64,000 nt of DNA from Gammaproteobacteria bacterium (GCA_015492075.1 WGFU01000037.1:1425-65424), one strand, 5' to 3'. Positions 21,550 to 29,712 are shown, numbered from the stretch's first letter. The notes: generated by a model from the letters alone, not told the origin. Translations and numbers: made by a program.

Positions 21550-21828
21550 CTAAATAAGCTGGCCAAAAAGCAATTGCGCCGCGCCATATATCACCGCACA
21601 CACCAGGCCAAATATCAGCCAGACAAACAATATCACCTCGCCACGGCGCATACCCTCCTTCTGCGCATCCCTGGTAAATTTGTAAACAATCACCGCAAAC
21701 AAAACGATACCAGCCATCATAAAGAAAAAAATACCGATACTGTATTCTTGGGACTTCATCCCTTCGATCGTAAACTGGTCTAGCTCCTCATCGGAGAGAA
21801 CAATCGCTTGTTGGTCGGTTTCGTTCAT
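21550..21828 (-). CDS. 2-TM hypothetical membrane protein
   Basis: Two hydrophobic helices separated by KEGMRRGE; start MNETD assumed. Confidence 0.7.
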   Translation of the reverse strand: MNETDQQAIVLSDEELDQFTIEGMKSQEYSIGIFFFMMAGIVLFAVIVYKFTRDAQKEGMRRGEVILFVWLIFGLVCAVIYGAAQLLFGQLI

Positions 21829-21894
21829 TAGGTGACACACGAACTAACACAGTAGTAGACAATGCTAGACTGAAAAAGGTTTAAAAATTCTAAG

Positions 21895-21922
21895 AAAAAT
21901 GCCGCTCAGATGAGCGGCATTT
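21895..21922 (-). terminator. intrinsic terminator ending the structural oxidase operon
   Basis: AAATGCCGCTC-agat-GAGCGGCATTT; the minus strand continues into a U-run. Confidence 0.85.
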
Positions 21923-21968
21923 CCTTATTTCCTTCAGAAGTGCGCTAAGAAGCCACGCACAGGCTATT

Positions 21969-22085
21969 TTACTGCTTATCAGACTTGTCGAATTTATCAA
22001 TCATAAAGCTATAGATATAAGGTGCTACGAACACGACCAAAATAGGTATGAGTATTATTAATGGTGGATTATCGATTTCTAACAT
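21969..22085 (-). CDS. 38-aa single-TM microprotein MLEIDNPPLIILIPILVVFVAPYIYSFMIDKFDKSDKQ (not in ORF track)
   Basis: AGGTG RBS, hand-translated ATG..TAA; last ORF before the terminator. Confidence 0.7.
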   Translation of the reverse strand: MLEIDNPPLIILIPILVVFVAPYIYSFMIDKFDKSDKQ

Positions 22086-22114
22086 TTCATTTCACCTGTA
22101 ACTGTAAGTAATGC

Positions 22115-22744
22115 CTAATGACCGATTGAGTGGTCGGGCTGCCAATCAGACGGCGGCAAGCGCTTAACAACAATCATTACGGCTATACAAAAATAGAGCA
22201 CATAAAAAACGTCGATGGTGTAACCGAGATCCCAAGATGGCTGAACCCGAATCTTAACACCATCATCGCCAATCTCACCTTCAAAGTTTGCTAACGCCAC
22301 GTCTTTACCTACGACAGTATAGTAGTCCATATGGGCATTTTCGCGCTGCAATTCGATGATTTGGTCTTTAATTAGTCGCAGATCATTCATAGTTAACGGA
22401 TGACGATCCTGATGACCAGCCCATTTCGAACCCTGAGATTTCACTGTATTAACAATGTATTCCATTTTTGCTTCATCGTCAGGTAATTTAGCAACTTCTG
22501 GCGAGTCCATGAGCGCGATATATTCTTCGTATATCGCAGCCATCGGGCGTTGCCCCCACAAAGGCGCAGTAATCAAAAAGGCAGTAATAATAGTCAGAAC
22601 CAACAACCAGACCACGGCTTGTGGCAAACGGTTATTGTCCTCCATAATACCACCCAGGCTTTCATGTTCCCAAACATACTTCGCTTGCTCATTCTGGTCA
22701 TCAGTTGCCAGGGTATAAAGTGGTTTATCGAATTTCCAAGCCAT
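22115..22744 (-). CDS. heme-less CcoP N-terminus-like oxidase subunit
   Basis: HESLGGIMEDNNRLP plus TM helix resembles H..DGI.E.dNPLP of CcoP; no CxxCH; second TM near the C-terminus; GGAGG RBS. Confidence 0.7.
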   Translation of the reverse strand: MAWKFDKPLYTLATDDQNEQAKYVWEHESLGGIMEDNNRLPQAVVWLLVLTIITAFLITAPLWGQRPMAAIYEEYIALMDSPEVAKLPDDEAKMEYIVNTVKSQGSKWAGHQDRHPLTMNDLRLIKDQIIELQRENAHMDYYTVVGKDVALANFEGEIGDDGVKIRVQPSWDLGYTIDVFYVLYFCIAVMIVVKRLPPSDWQPDHSIGH

Positions 22745-22771
22745 GTGGCTATCCCTCCCAGGAGAACTTAA

Positions 22772-23722
22772 TTACTTCAAACTCAAAACATAATCCATGA
22801 GATAACGTATTTCGCTATTTGGCGCATAATCGGGAACCTCAGGCGGATAAATACTCGTACCGGCGGCGTAAGCATTATAATCCGCCCGCCATTGATCATA
22901 GTCAATATCGTTACCATTAGCATCCACTTCACCCCAGAGATAATCGAAGCGAGGCATAATTGAATGTGGCTGCACCAATCTTGGGTTAAAGAAGTGCATC
23001 ATCAGCCATTCTTTTGACGAGTTACGTGAACCAACATGCAGCAAGTCAGGCGCTTTGCGATCCGAACCAAAGGCTGTTGGCGCTTCACCATTAAAGTCTC
23101 CCAGCCGCGGCGGTAAACCGAAGTATTGCCAATCCTGTGTTTGTTCTGGCAATAGTGTGTGACACCACCAGCAACCTTCACGCACAAACATGGTCTTACC
23201 GCTACCTACATGCTGCTTATCGCTGTCTGCAGCAGCTGCCAATACCAACTCAGCTGTCCAGTCACGCGTTGCCGTCACATTTTCGATATAAGGGAAGGTC
23301 TCCCCTTCGTAGTCACCACGCGACACCAAAAATACAGCGCCTTGATCTTCCTCTGCTTCACCCACGCGACCCTCGTCGGCACTTAAGGCCTGCACTTCCC
23401 TACCCAAAATATCTGGGTTACGAATTGCGCTCGGAAAAGGTGTCCCGGCGGTATAAACATAGGCATCTACCGGGTCAATATCCGCGCCAGTAACTGGGTC
23501 TTTTTTAACCGTCACCGTTAAAGGCTTGCCTTTCCCTCGCAAGAATGGGTCTTCATACGAGAAACCAGAGTTATGACCATAGGACAGACCTTTGACCAGA
23601 CCAGTTTCCGTCACACCCACACTATAGATAGTTAAGCTGGGCATATAGAGGGTGATCATCATTGAACCACCCAGGGCGATACCAAACATGCGGGTACCAA
23701 TTTTATATTCTCTAAAAGCCAT
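22772..23722 (-). CDS. ccoO: cbb3-type oxidase subunit II, enlarged
   Basis: N-terminal TM, G...FVREGCWWCH, FGSDRKAPDL..VG, PRLVQPHSIMP. Confidence 0.9.
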   Translation of the reverse strand: MAFREYKIGTRMFGIALGGSMMITLYMPSLTIYSVGVTETGLVKGLSYGHNSGFSYEDPFLRGKGKPLTVTVKKDPVTGADIDPVDAYVYTAGTPFPSAIRNPDILGREVQALSADEGRVGEAEEDQGAVFLVSRGDYEGETFPYIENVTATRDWTAELVLAAAADSDKQHVGSGKTMFVREGCWWCHTLLPEQTQDWQYFGLPPRLGDFNGEAPTAFGSDRKAPDLLHVGSRNSSKEWLMMHFFNPRLVQPHSIMPRFDYLWGEVDANGNDIDYDQWRADYNAYAAGTSIYPPEVPDYAPNSEIRYLMDYVLSLK

Positions 23723-23784
23723 TATTCATTACTCCGCTAAAGGTTAACGCTATTCGTATTTTTTCAAATCTACACGAGCAGCTA

Positions 23785-25191
23785 TTAACGTTCGTAAGCG
23801 ATTTCATGCGGTAAGCGTCCCACTGGCACCGGTGTACCTGCACGAGCCGTCATCCACATGTTGTAGAGCCATACAACGTTACCAGTAAATACCATGGTAC
23901 CGCCAACCCAACGCGCAATCATGTACGGATGCTCCGCAATCACCACGTCGATATACGGCACTTCGTAGATCTTGGCAGCGCCTTGAATCAAACCGGCAAT
24001 CGTGATCGAAATCCAGTAGGTGGCGAAACCGATCAGCAAGAACCAGAAATGAAAGTTGGCCAGCGCCAAAGAGTAGATCTTGCGACGCAGAATCGTTTGC
24101 AGACCATAGTACACGGCTGCCGCCTCAAGGAAGGTCGAGAAACCCAGCAAAGCAAGGTGAGCATGAGCGACAATCCAGCCAGTGCCATGGACATACCAGT
24201 TGATCGCACGTGTCTGCTGAAAACCGCCCTGCATATTCAAAGGAATCGCCAGCATAACCCCGGTGATGGTGAACCGGATCTCAATATTATCAACAAAGTA
24301 ATGCCACTTGCCCGTCATGGTTAACAACAAGTTCGACACGAATGCGATCGCAGGCACCAGAATCAACACCCCTTCAACAGAAGCGAAAGATTTCAGCCAC
24401 TCAGGCAGTGGTGAAGACATCAAATGGTGGGCTGCCGGCGTTGAGTAGAACACCACCACCGACCAGAAATGCAAGTGACCAATACGGTGAGAGTACAGTG
24501 GGTTACCGGTAATTTTCGGCACCGTATAGTATGCAATCGCCGCCGCCACCGGGGTAATCCACAGGCCAAGGATGTTATGGGCATGCCACCAGGTCAAATA
24601 GGCTTCGGTCAATCCAGTCAGGGAAAAGTATTCCGGCAGATTACCGACCAGCACCACGATCATCAGCATGAATATCGCCGCACCAAAGAACCAGTTGGTG
24701 GTATAGATACCCTGCGTCTTACGATGAACAATGGTCATCCAGACATTGATTCCCAGCGGCAGCAATACTGCAAACAGGATAATCAAATCAATCGGCCATG
24801 GAAAATCAGTGTATTCACGGCCTGAAGTCACACCGGCCCACATCAAACACAAAGCGACGGCAAGACCACCGTTCCAGTTGAAGCAGGTCCAGATGCCCAG
24901 CTTCTCGGACCATAGCTTGGTATTACCCAAGGCAGGCGTGATATACATAAAGGCCATTGCAAACGCCATGGAAATCCAGCCAAAAATAACGGCCATGACA
25001 TGAACCTGGCGCATATGACCAAAGGCAAACATATAGCTACCGGTAACAAAATCCGGAAAAGCCAACTTGGCTGCGTTGAAAGAACCTAGTCCAGTACCAA
25101 TAATGAACCAGATAATGGATGAAAACCCAAAAAAGACAGCCGCAGAACCTGCGGGAATATCTTCGTTCTTCGCAAAGAGATACTTGAACAT
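23785..25191 (-). CDS. ccoN: cbb3-type (C-family) heme-copper oxidase subunit I, divergent
   Basis: RQVH, GREYTD, WWHAHN, Y-x5-HH (YSTPAAHH), HAHLALLGF: all six His ligands and the helix VII Tyr. Confidence 0.93.
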   Translation of the reverse strand: MFKYLFAKNEDIPAGSAAVFFGFSSIIWFIIGTGLGSFNAAKLAFPDFVTGSYMFAFGHMRQVHVMAVIFGWISMAFAMAFMYITPALGNTKLWSEKLGIWTCFNWNGGLAVALCLMWAGVTSGREYTDFPWPIDLIILFAVLLPLGINVWMTIVHRKTQGIYTTNWFFGAAIFMLMIVVLVGNLPEYFSLTGLTEAYLTWWHAHNILGLWITPVAAAIAYYTVPKITGNPLYSHRIGHLHFWSVVVFYSTPAAHHLMSSPLPEWLKSFASVEGVLILVPAIAFVSNLLLTMTGKWHYFVDNIEIRFTITGVMLAIPLNMQGGFQQTRAINWYVHGTGWIVAHAHLALLGFSTFLEAAAVYYGLQTILRRKIYSLALANFHFWFLLIGFATYWISITIAGLIQGAAKIYEVPYIDVVIAEHPYMIARWVGGTMVFTGNVVWLYNMWMTARAGTPVPVGRLPHEIAYER

Positions 25192-25275
25192 GGGACCTGT
25201 GCTCCGTTTAAGACGTAAAACTTAAATTAAAAAGATCATCAAAATATTGCCGATTTAGACCTTCAGCGGCATCGG

Positions 25276-25368
25276 CTAGTGTTTACCCGGCATCATCAAA
25301 TACCAAGCGAACCACATGCTTGAGAATGCCAGCACAATACAAAATACAGTTGCGATAATAGTAACCAT
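25276..25368 (-). CDS. 30-aa single-TM microprotein MVTIIATVFCIVLAFSSMWFAWYLMMPGKH (not in ORF track)
   Basis: AGAGGA RBS, ATG..TAG; directly upstream of ccoN. Confidence 0.7.
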   Translation of the reverse strand: MVTIIATVFCIVLAFSSMWFAWYLMMPGKH

Positions 25369-25398
25369 CGTTTTTCCTCTATTTAGTACGTGTCGCGC

Positions 25399-25686
25399 TT
25401 AGGCTGCAGCACGTGACTGCGCTTCCAAAGCACCATGACGTGACGCAGAAATCATCATGATCGCCATAAAGGCAAAGCCGAACACAATCATGCACCAATT
25501 GATGAAGCCCATAAAGGTGGTTGGATCATAGGCCTGACCACCCCAACCGCCCCAGTCATCAAAACGACCGCGACCGAGAGCACACATCAATGCGGCACCA
25601 AAAACACTGCCGTTGCCCATGCCGGTGGTAACACCAGCAACCAAGCTCACCCAAAAAGTTTTCGAATATGGCAATAAATTGTCCAT
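25399..25686 (-). CDS. 95-aa Gly-rich membrane protein, first gene of the ccoN operon
   Basis: AAGGAG RBS, two hydrophobic segments. Confidence 0.75.
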   Translation of the reverse strand: MDNLLPYSKTFWVSLVAGVTTGMGNGSVFGAALMCALGRGRFDDWGGWGGQAYDPTTFMGFINWCMIVFGFAFMAIMMISASRHGALEAQSRAAA

Positions 25687-25916
25687 ATTAGCTCCTTATT
25701 TTCACGCCGCAGGCAATGGCTGCCTTTGCGTATTTTAGTGTGAATTTATTGAGTAGGTAGAATCTAATTTAGACTTACCCTACAAAAAGTCGGGGAATAT
25801 TCACATAACGTACCTTTTGAGTCAAGTCTTGATGCACGCTGAACTGAAAATGAAGACATGGTTCTGTTACCAAAAAATCGTTTAAAATATAAACAATTCA
25901 ATCAATTAGTGGTCTT

Positions 25917-26141
25917 ATGATGCCTTATCATAACTGGATATCAATAAAAGAAATTATTCTCTACCTTATCGCCATTGTCACGGGCCTTTTTATCGCTGCT
26001 TATTCGGTACATATGTTGATTGGTGGACTTGTCAGCGCTACCACTGAGAAAACCATTATCGCCATTGTCTGCACCCTCATGGCACTGGCCATCGGATTCA
26101 TGGTTTACGACGTGAAAAAACAGCGTGAAAAACAGGGCTGA
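25917..26141 (+). CDS. 2-TM small membrane protein
   Basis: Two TM helices and a basic tail; start uncertain. Confidence 0.6.
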   Translation: MMPYHNWISIKEIILYLIAIVTGLFIAAYSVHMLIGGLVSATTEKTIIAIVCTLMALAIGFMVYDVKKQREKQG

Positions 26142-26157
26142 GCGCCCCCAGATGCAT

Positions 26158-26610
26158 TTATTTGTATACGCGCAGACTTGCCAGTGCATCATCATAAACG
26201 GCCTGAGACTCGAACTGACCACGATGAAAAACGTATTGGCGTTTTTTGCCCGACATATCAATCCCTGTTAGACCAAAGGATTTGCCAGCGTAATCTGAAA
26301 AAAAACGCACTTCTTTCACCAGCGCAACCTGGTCATTATTGCGTAGCCGGACACTGACGTGCTGCTTACTCACACTCAGCGCAACCGGTGCGCTCGGCAA
26401 CAACATCAGTCGACCGGAAAGAATGCGGTTGGCGCCGATAAAGGCCATAAAACTAGCGAGAAACATCAGCAAATAGGCAAACGCTTGATTATTCTGGTGC
26501 CACAGCACCAATGAATAAGCACCAAGCAAAATCACCACTGGCAGATACAGCAATGAATCCCACGCCGCGCCGCGCCGGTCTGGCGTTAATTTGTAATCAC
26601 TTTTGGCCAC
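26158..26610 (-). CDS. 2-TM plus soluble-domain hypothetical protein
   Basis: GTG start 4 nt after the upstream stop; hydrophobic hairpin followed by a beta-rich domain. Confidence 0.7.
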   Translation of the reverse strand: MAKSDYKLTPDRRGAAWDSLLYLPVVILLGAYSLVLWHQNNQAFAYLLMFLASFMAFIGANRILSGRLMLLPSAPVALSVSKQHVSVRLRNNDQVALVKEVRFFSDYAGKSFGLTGIDMSGKKRQYVFHRGQFESQAVYDDALASLRVYK

Positions 26611-26614
26611 AAAA

Positions 26615-27118
26615 CTATCCTGCGTCGGCTAAGGTCTCGGCCAGTAAAGCGTCCATTTCACCATAAAGCATACGACCTGGCCGCCTGAACTTAACTTGTC
26701 GGTCGGCGCCAATAACAAATGTCCACGGATCACCTTGGACACCAAATGCAGTGAAAGCTTCAGGGTTTTGATACTGATCCATATGCAAAAACAGCACATC
26801 ATCTTCGTACTTATTCAATATGGCTTTGAGCATCTGCAGCTGTTTATCGCATACCGTACAATGTCCAGGTGTAGCAAATTCGAGCAAAATCGTCTTGTTT
26901 TGCGCCAAGGCTTCATCGATCGAAAGCTGATACATGCGGGCATCGGGATGTCTGTAGGTTGTAATGCGGCTGAAATCACCGTTCACGTCCGCCAGCGTCT
27001 TGGTCTTCAATGACGGGGCGATCGCACCAACCCGAAGCTGACCCTCTGGCCTGATATCGCATGCGCTTAAGGCTGCTGCTACTACGATTGTCAGCAATAT
27101 TGCTATAAACGGCCTCAC
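26615..27118 (-). CDS. thioredoxin-fold lipoprotein
   Basis: GGAGG plus GTG at 27118 (GTGA overlap), lipobox LSAC, EFATPGHCTVC, GDPWTF cis-Pro-like motif. Confidence 0.8.
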   Translation of the reverse strand: MRPFIAILLTIVVAAALSACDIRPEGQLRVGAIAPSLKTKTLADVNGDFSRITTYRHPDARMYQLSIDEALAQNKTILLEFATPGHCTVCDKQLQMLKAILNKYEDDVLFLHMDQYQNPEAFTAFGVQGDPWTFVIGADRQVKFRRPGRMLYGEMDALLAETLADAG

Positions 27119-27681
27119 GAGACCTCCTTCGCAGACGATGATGGTGCGCTGCCTAGAACGTCTTTTTCCCAACCGACACAGCTACGAAAAACGTTATAGC
27201 CCCAGATAATGTTGGCTAACAGCACCATACTGCCAAAGATGCCCATCGCAGCCAACCAAGGCCTGATTATGGCTTCCACTTCATCGGGCGGCAAACTCAC
27301 ACTCGCAGTACCACCGAGAATACCTGCAATCGTAAACAAACTCACCATACCGATCAGACCGGTGTTATGGATCCAAAAGTGTACTTTTACCAATTTCAAA
27401 CTGAAAATAGGGCGTTTAACCAAACGCGGCACGAAATAATACACCGAGGCAAAAATCGCCATCTCCACCCAGCCTAACAGGTTAACGTGGGTGTGCGCGC
27501 GTACAATCAGCTGCCCATGTGCGCGATGATCGACGAAATGGCGCAGTTCGGCCACCCCTCCCATTAACGCACCCCAGGAAAAGCCGATTATGCTGTAGAT
27601 GATACAGGCATAAAGAAACCACAGTGTATAACGCGTGTATTCAATATCTGTCTCCCAGGGGGAGTGACTCGAAACCTTCAC
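27115..27681 (-). CDS. short CcoN-like protein (single ~4-TM repeat)
   Basis: RAHTHVNLLGW...VYYFVPRLVKRPIFSLKLVKVHFW; ATGA-coupled to the upstream cytochrome c. Confidence 0.8.
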   Translation of the reverse strand: MKVSSHSPWETDIEYTRYTLWFLYACIIYSIIGFSWGALMGGVAELRHFVDHRAHGQLIVRAHTHVNLLGWVEMAIFASVYYFVPRLVKRPIFSLKLVKVHFWIHNTGLIGMVSLFTIAGILGGTASVSLPPDEVEAIIRPWLAAMGIFGSMVLLANIIWGYNVFRSCVGWEKDVLGSAPSSSAKEVS

Positions 27682-28313
27682 TGCTGCGCCTCCGGGTTTT
27701 CAGCCAATTTCCCATTGGGAGACTTCAGGACTTCGGTAAAATTCTTGTCACGCACATCACCGTATTTCTCTTTCCAGCTTTCCGGCGCCCAGATACTGAG
27801 CATGCTCTCAATAAACGGCGAGCGCCCTTCCGGCGGCTTAGGTGCCGTTGAGGAACCCTGTTTAGCACGCAGTTGAGACAAAAACGTTGCGATCAAGTCA
27901 TGCTCTCGCGGCGTCAGCTCAGCCACATAGGCAGCTTCTTTACCCAAACCGTGATCAAGCGTTGCTGCGTGGTAGGTGTCTTTGTATACCGGCTCTGGGT
28001 CACTGAGAAAGCGCCTGATCCAATCCTGGCTACGACGCGAGCCAATACCATCGAGCGTGGTCTGACCGCCCATACTCGTGCCAGACAAAAAAGCACGATG
28101 ACAAGACGCACAACGCTTAGCCTTGAAAAGTCGATGGCCCTTATTGCCGTCTTCGGACAAATCAAAACTGGTGAGATTTGAAAAAATCTGCTTGTTCGAA
28201 GTCAGGCGATACCCTTCCAAGCCGACATAACCCACCAACGCCACCACAATAAATACACCAGCGATGCCAAATAAGACCTTTTCGCCTCGCTTTAGCCTCG
28301 ACTTCGCAGCCAT
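27678..28313 (-). CDS. membrane-anchored monoheme cytochrome c
   Basis: LKRGEK plus TM helix, CASCH, LDGIGSRRS..WI..FL.DP; start MAAKS. Confidence 0.87.
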   Translation of the reverse strand: MAAKSRLKRGEKVLFGIAGVFIVVALVGYVGLEGYRLTSNKQIFSNLTSFDLSEDGNKGHRLFKAKRCASCHRAFLSGTSMGGQTTLDGIGSRRSQDWIRRFLSDPEPVYKDTYHAATLDHGLGKEAAYVAELTPREHDLIATFLSQLRAKQGSSTAPKPPEGRSPFIESMLSIWAPESWKEKYGDVRDKNFTEVLKSPNGKLAENPEAQQ

Positions 28314-28337
28314 AAAAACCCCGCAATTATTCCAGAT

Positions 28338-28366
28338 AAAACAAAAGGTGGACAAGCCACCCTTTG
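28338..28366 (-). terminator. probable intrinsic terminator after the c4 cytochrome gene
   Basis: Minus strand CAAAGGGTGG-cttgt-CCACCTTTTG followed by TTTTAT. Confidence 0.6.
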
Positions 28367-28419
28367 CTTAGTTCAAACCCGCACCATCATGCCATGGCGC
28401 GGGATACCACATACCGAAC

Positions 28420-29181
28420 CTAGTGGTAAGGCACGTGGCGTGGCGGTAAGCGGGAATTACCCATGCTGTAGGGGGATGCTTCCTTGGTGCTGAGATAGGC
28501 AGCAACGTTGTGGATGTCCTCGTCGGACATATTCTTGGCAACATTGCGCATCGCTGCCTGCGGATCATTGGTCCGCACACCATCACGCCATTGCTTCATT
28601 TGAGCCACGAGATAGGTATATTTCTGCTGCCCAATCATCGGGAACATTGGCTCAACGCCGCGGCCGTTATAATCATGGCAAGAACGGCAAGCTGCCACAC
28701 TCTTTTCAGCAATACCGTGATTAACGATGGCTTTACCCAAATAGGTTTCACCGACCTCAACACCATTCGCCTTCAATGTGGCCAGATTAGAAACAGAGGC
28801 ATCAACCGTTTCTCTATCATGTTGCCATTCGCTGATATAAGCCGCCACATCAAGGCGCTCCTGCGAAGTCAGGCCTTTGGCGTTAGCATTCATGATAAAC
28901 ATGACGGTATCTTCACGCTTGTCGGTCGCATAATCTTCCAGCTGCTTGACGATAAACTGGAAAATCTGGCCGGCCAGACGCGGGGTGCCTAAATCGTCAC
29001 TGCCCATTCCGTCCGGCATATGGCAGCCAGAACACGCTGGTACGCCAGTGGCTTCTTTGCCGTTGTTATAAATCTGCTCGCCGTTTGCTACATCGACAGT
29101 CACGCCGCCGGCGAAAACAGCGGAACTTGCTGAAAACGCAAAAGCAAAAAGCGAACCCACCAACCTAGTTGAGTAACGCAT
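28420..29181 (-). CDS. periplasmic diheme cytochrome c4-type protein
   Basis: GGAGG RBS, signal peptide, CSGCH and CRSCH, PRLAGQ, RTND...M, MSDEDI..VAAY. Confidence 0.92.
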   Translation of the reverse strand: MRYSTRLVGSLFAFAFSASSAVFAGGVTVDVANGEQIYNNGKEATGVPACSGCHMPDGMGSDDLGTPRLAGQIFQFIVKQLEDYATDKREDTVMFIMNANAKGLTSQERLDVAAYISEWQHDRETVDASVSNLATLKANGVEVGETYLGKAIVNHGIAEKSVAACRSCHDYNGRGVEPMFPMIGQQKYTYLVAQMKQWRDGVRTNDPQAAMRNVAKNMSDEDIHNVAAYLSTKEASPYSMGNSRLPPRHVPYH

Positions 29182-29337
29182 TACTACACCCTCCAAAAAA
29201 CTGTGTCGAGGCCGTAACCGGCCTTTTGTTAAAGGTAGTCTGTGACCTACTGCCAACGCAGAGCATTTCACTATGCAGCAGCCAATAATGTCAGATCTAT
29301 GTCAGGTAAGTGAATCACCTACCATTTTTTGGTTTGC

Positions 29338-29430
29338 TTAAGAGTTTTTCTTCAGCAAAAACCAAGCAAATCCCCAAGCCAGCGGGAACCAAATCGCATA
29401 AAGTATAACTACACTGGCAGTATCTAGCAT
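29338..29430 (-). CDS. 30-aa single-TM microprotein MLDTASVVILYAIWFPLAWGFAWFLLKKNS (not in ORF track)
   Basis: GAGGT RBS, ATG..TAA; first ORF of the c4 operon. Confidence 0.7.
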   Translation of the reverse strand: MLDTASVVILYAIWFPLAWGFAWFLLKKNS

Positions 29431-29712
29431 GGCTTACCTCAATTATTTATGATTCATTTAATGAACAAAACGGGCGACTGTATACCATGTTAACCCTACT
29501 CAGCGCAAGTTTATACAAACTGTAGCAGGGCCAAAAATGGCGCCTTTTTTACCCAAATTATCAACCTAACAGATTGATATTTAATAAAAAAACGATCGTC
29601 TTTAAAAAACACGAACGTCGCTCCAAAAAGTTTTTCAAAATTCTGGCAGATGACCATTCGCGCAGTTTCGGGTATGCTCCGCAGCCATCTCCAATGTCGG
29701 CAATTCTAAGCC

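Noticed and set aside
21130..21783. Plus-strand ORFs of 129 and 86 aa
   Set aside because: Antisense to the ccoS-like and 2-TM genes, with no recognisable motifs.
23785..25191. Nitric oxide reductase NorB
   Set aside because: It has the helix VII Tyr (Y-x5-HH) and HN after the helix VI His, and lacks the HLWVEG-type glutamates of NorB.
29574..29587. FNR box upstream of the oxidase island
   Set aside because: TTGAT-ATTT-AATAA has a poor right half-site in AT-rich DNA. No convincing TTGAT-N4-ATCAA was seen in the island promoters.
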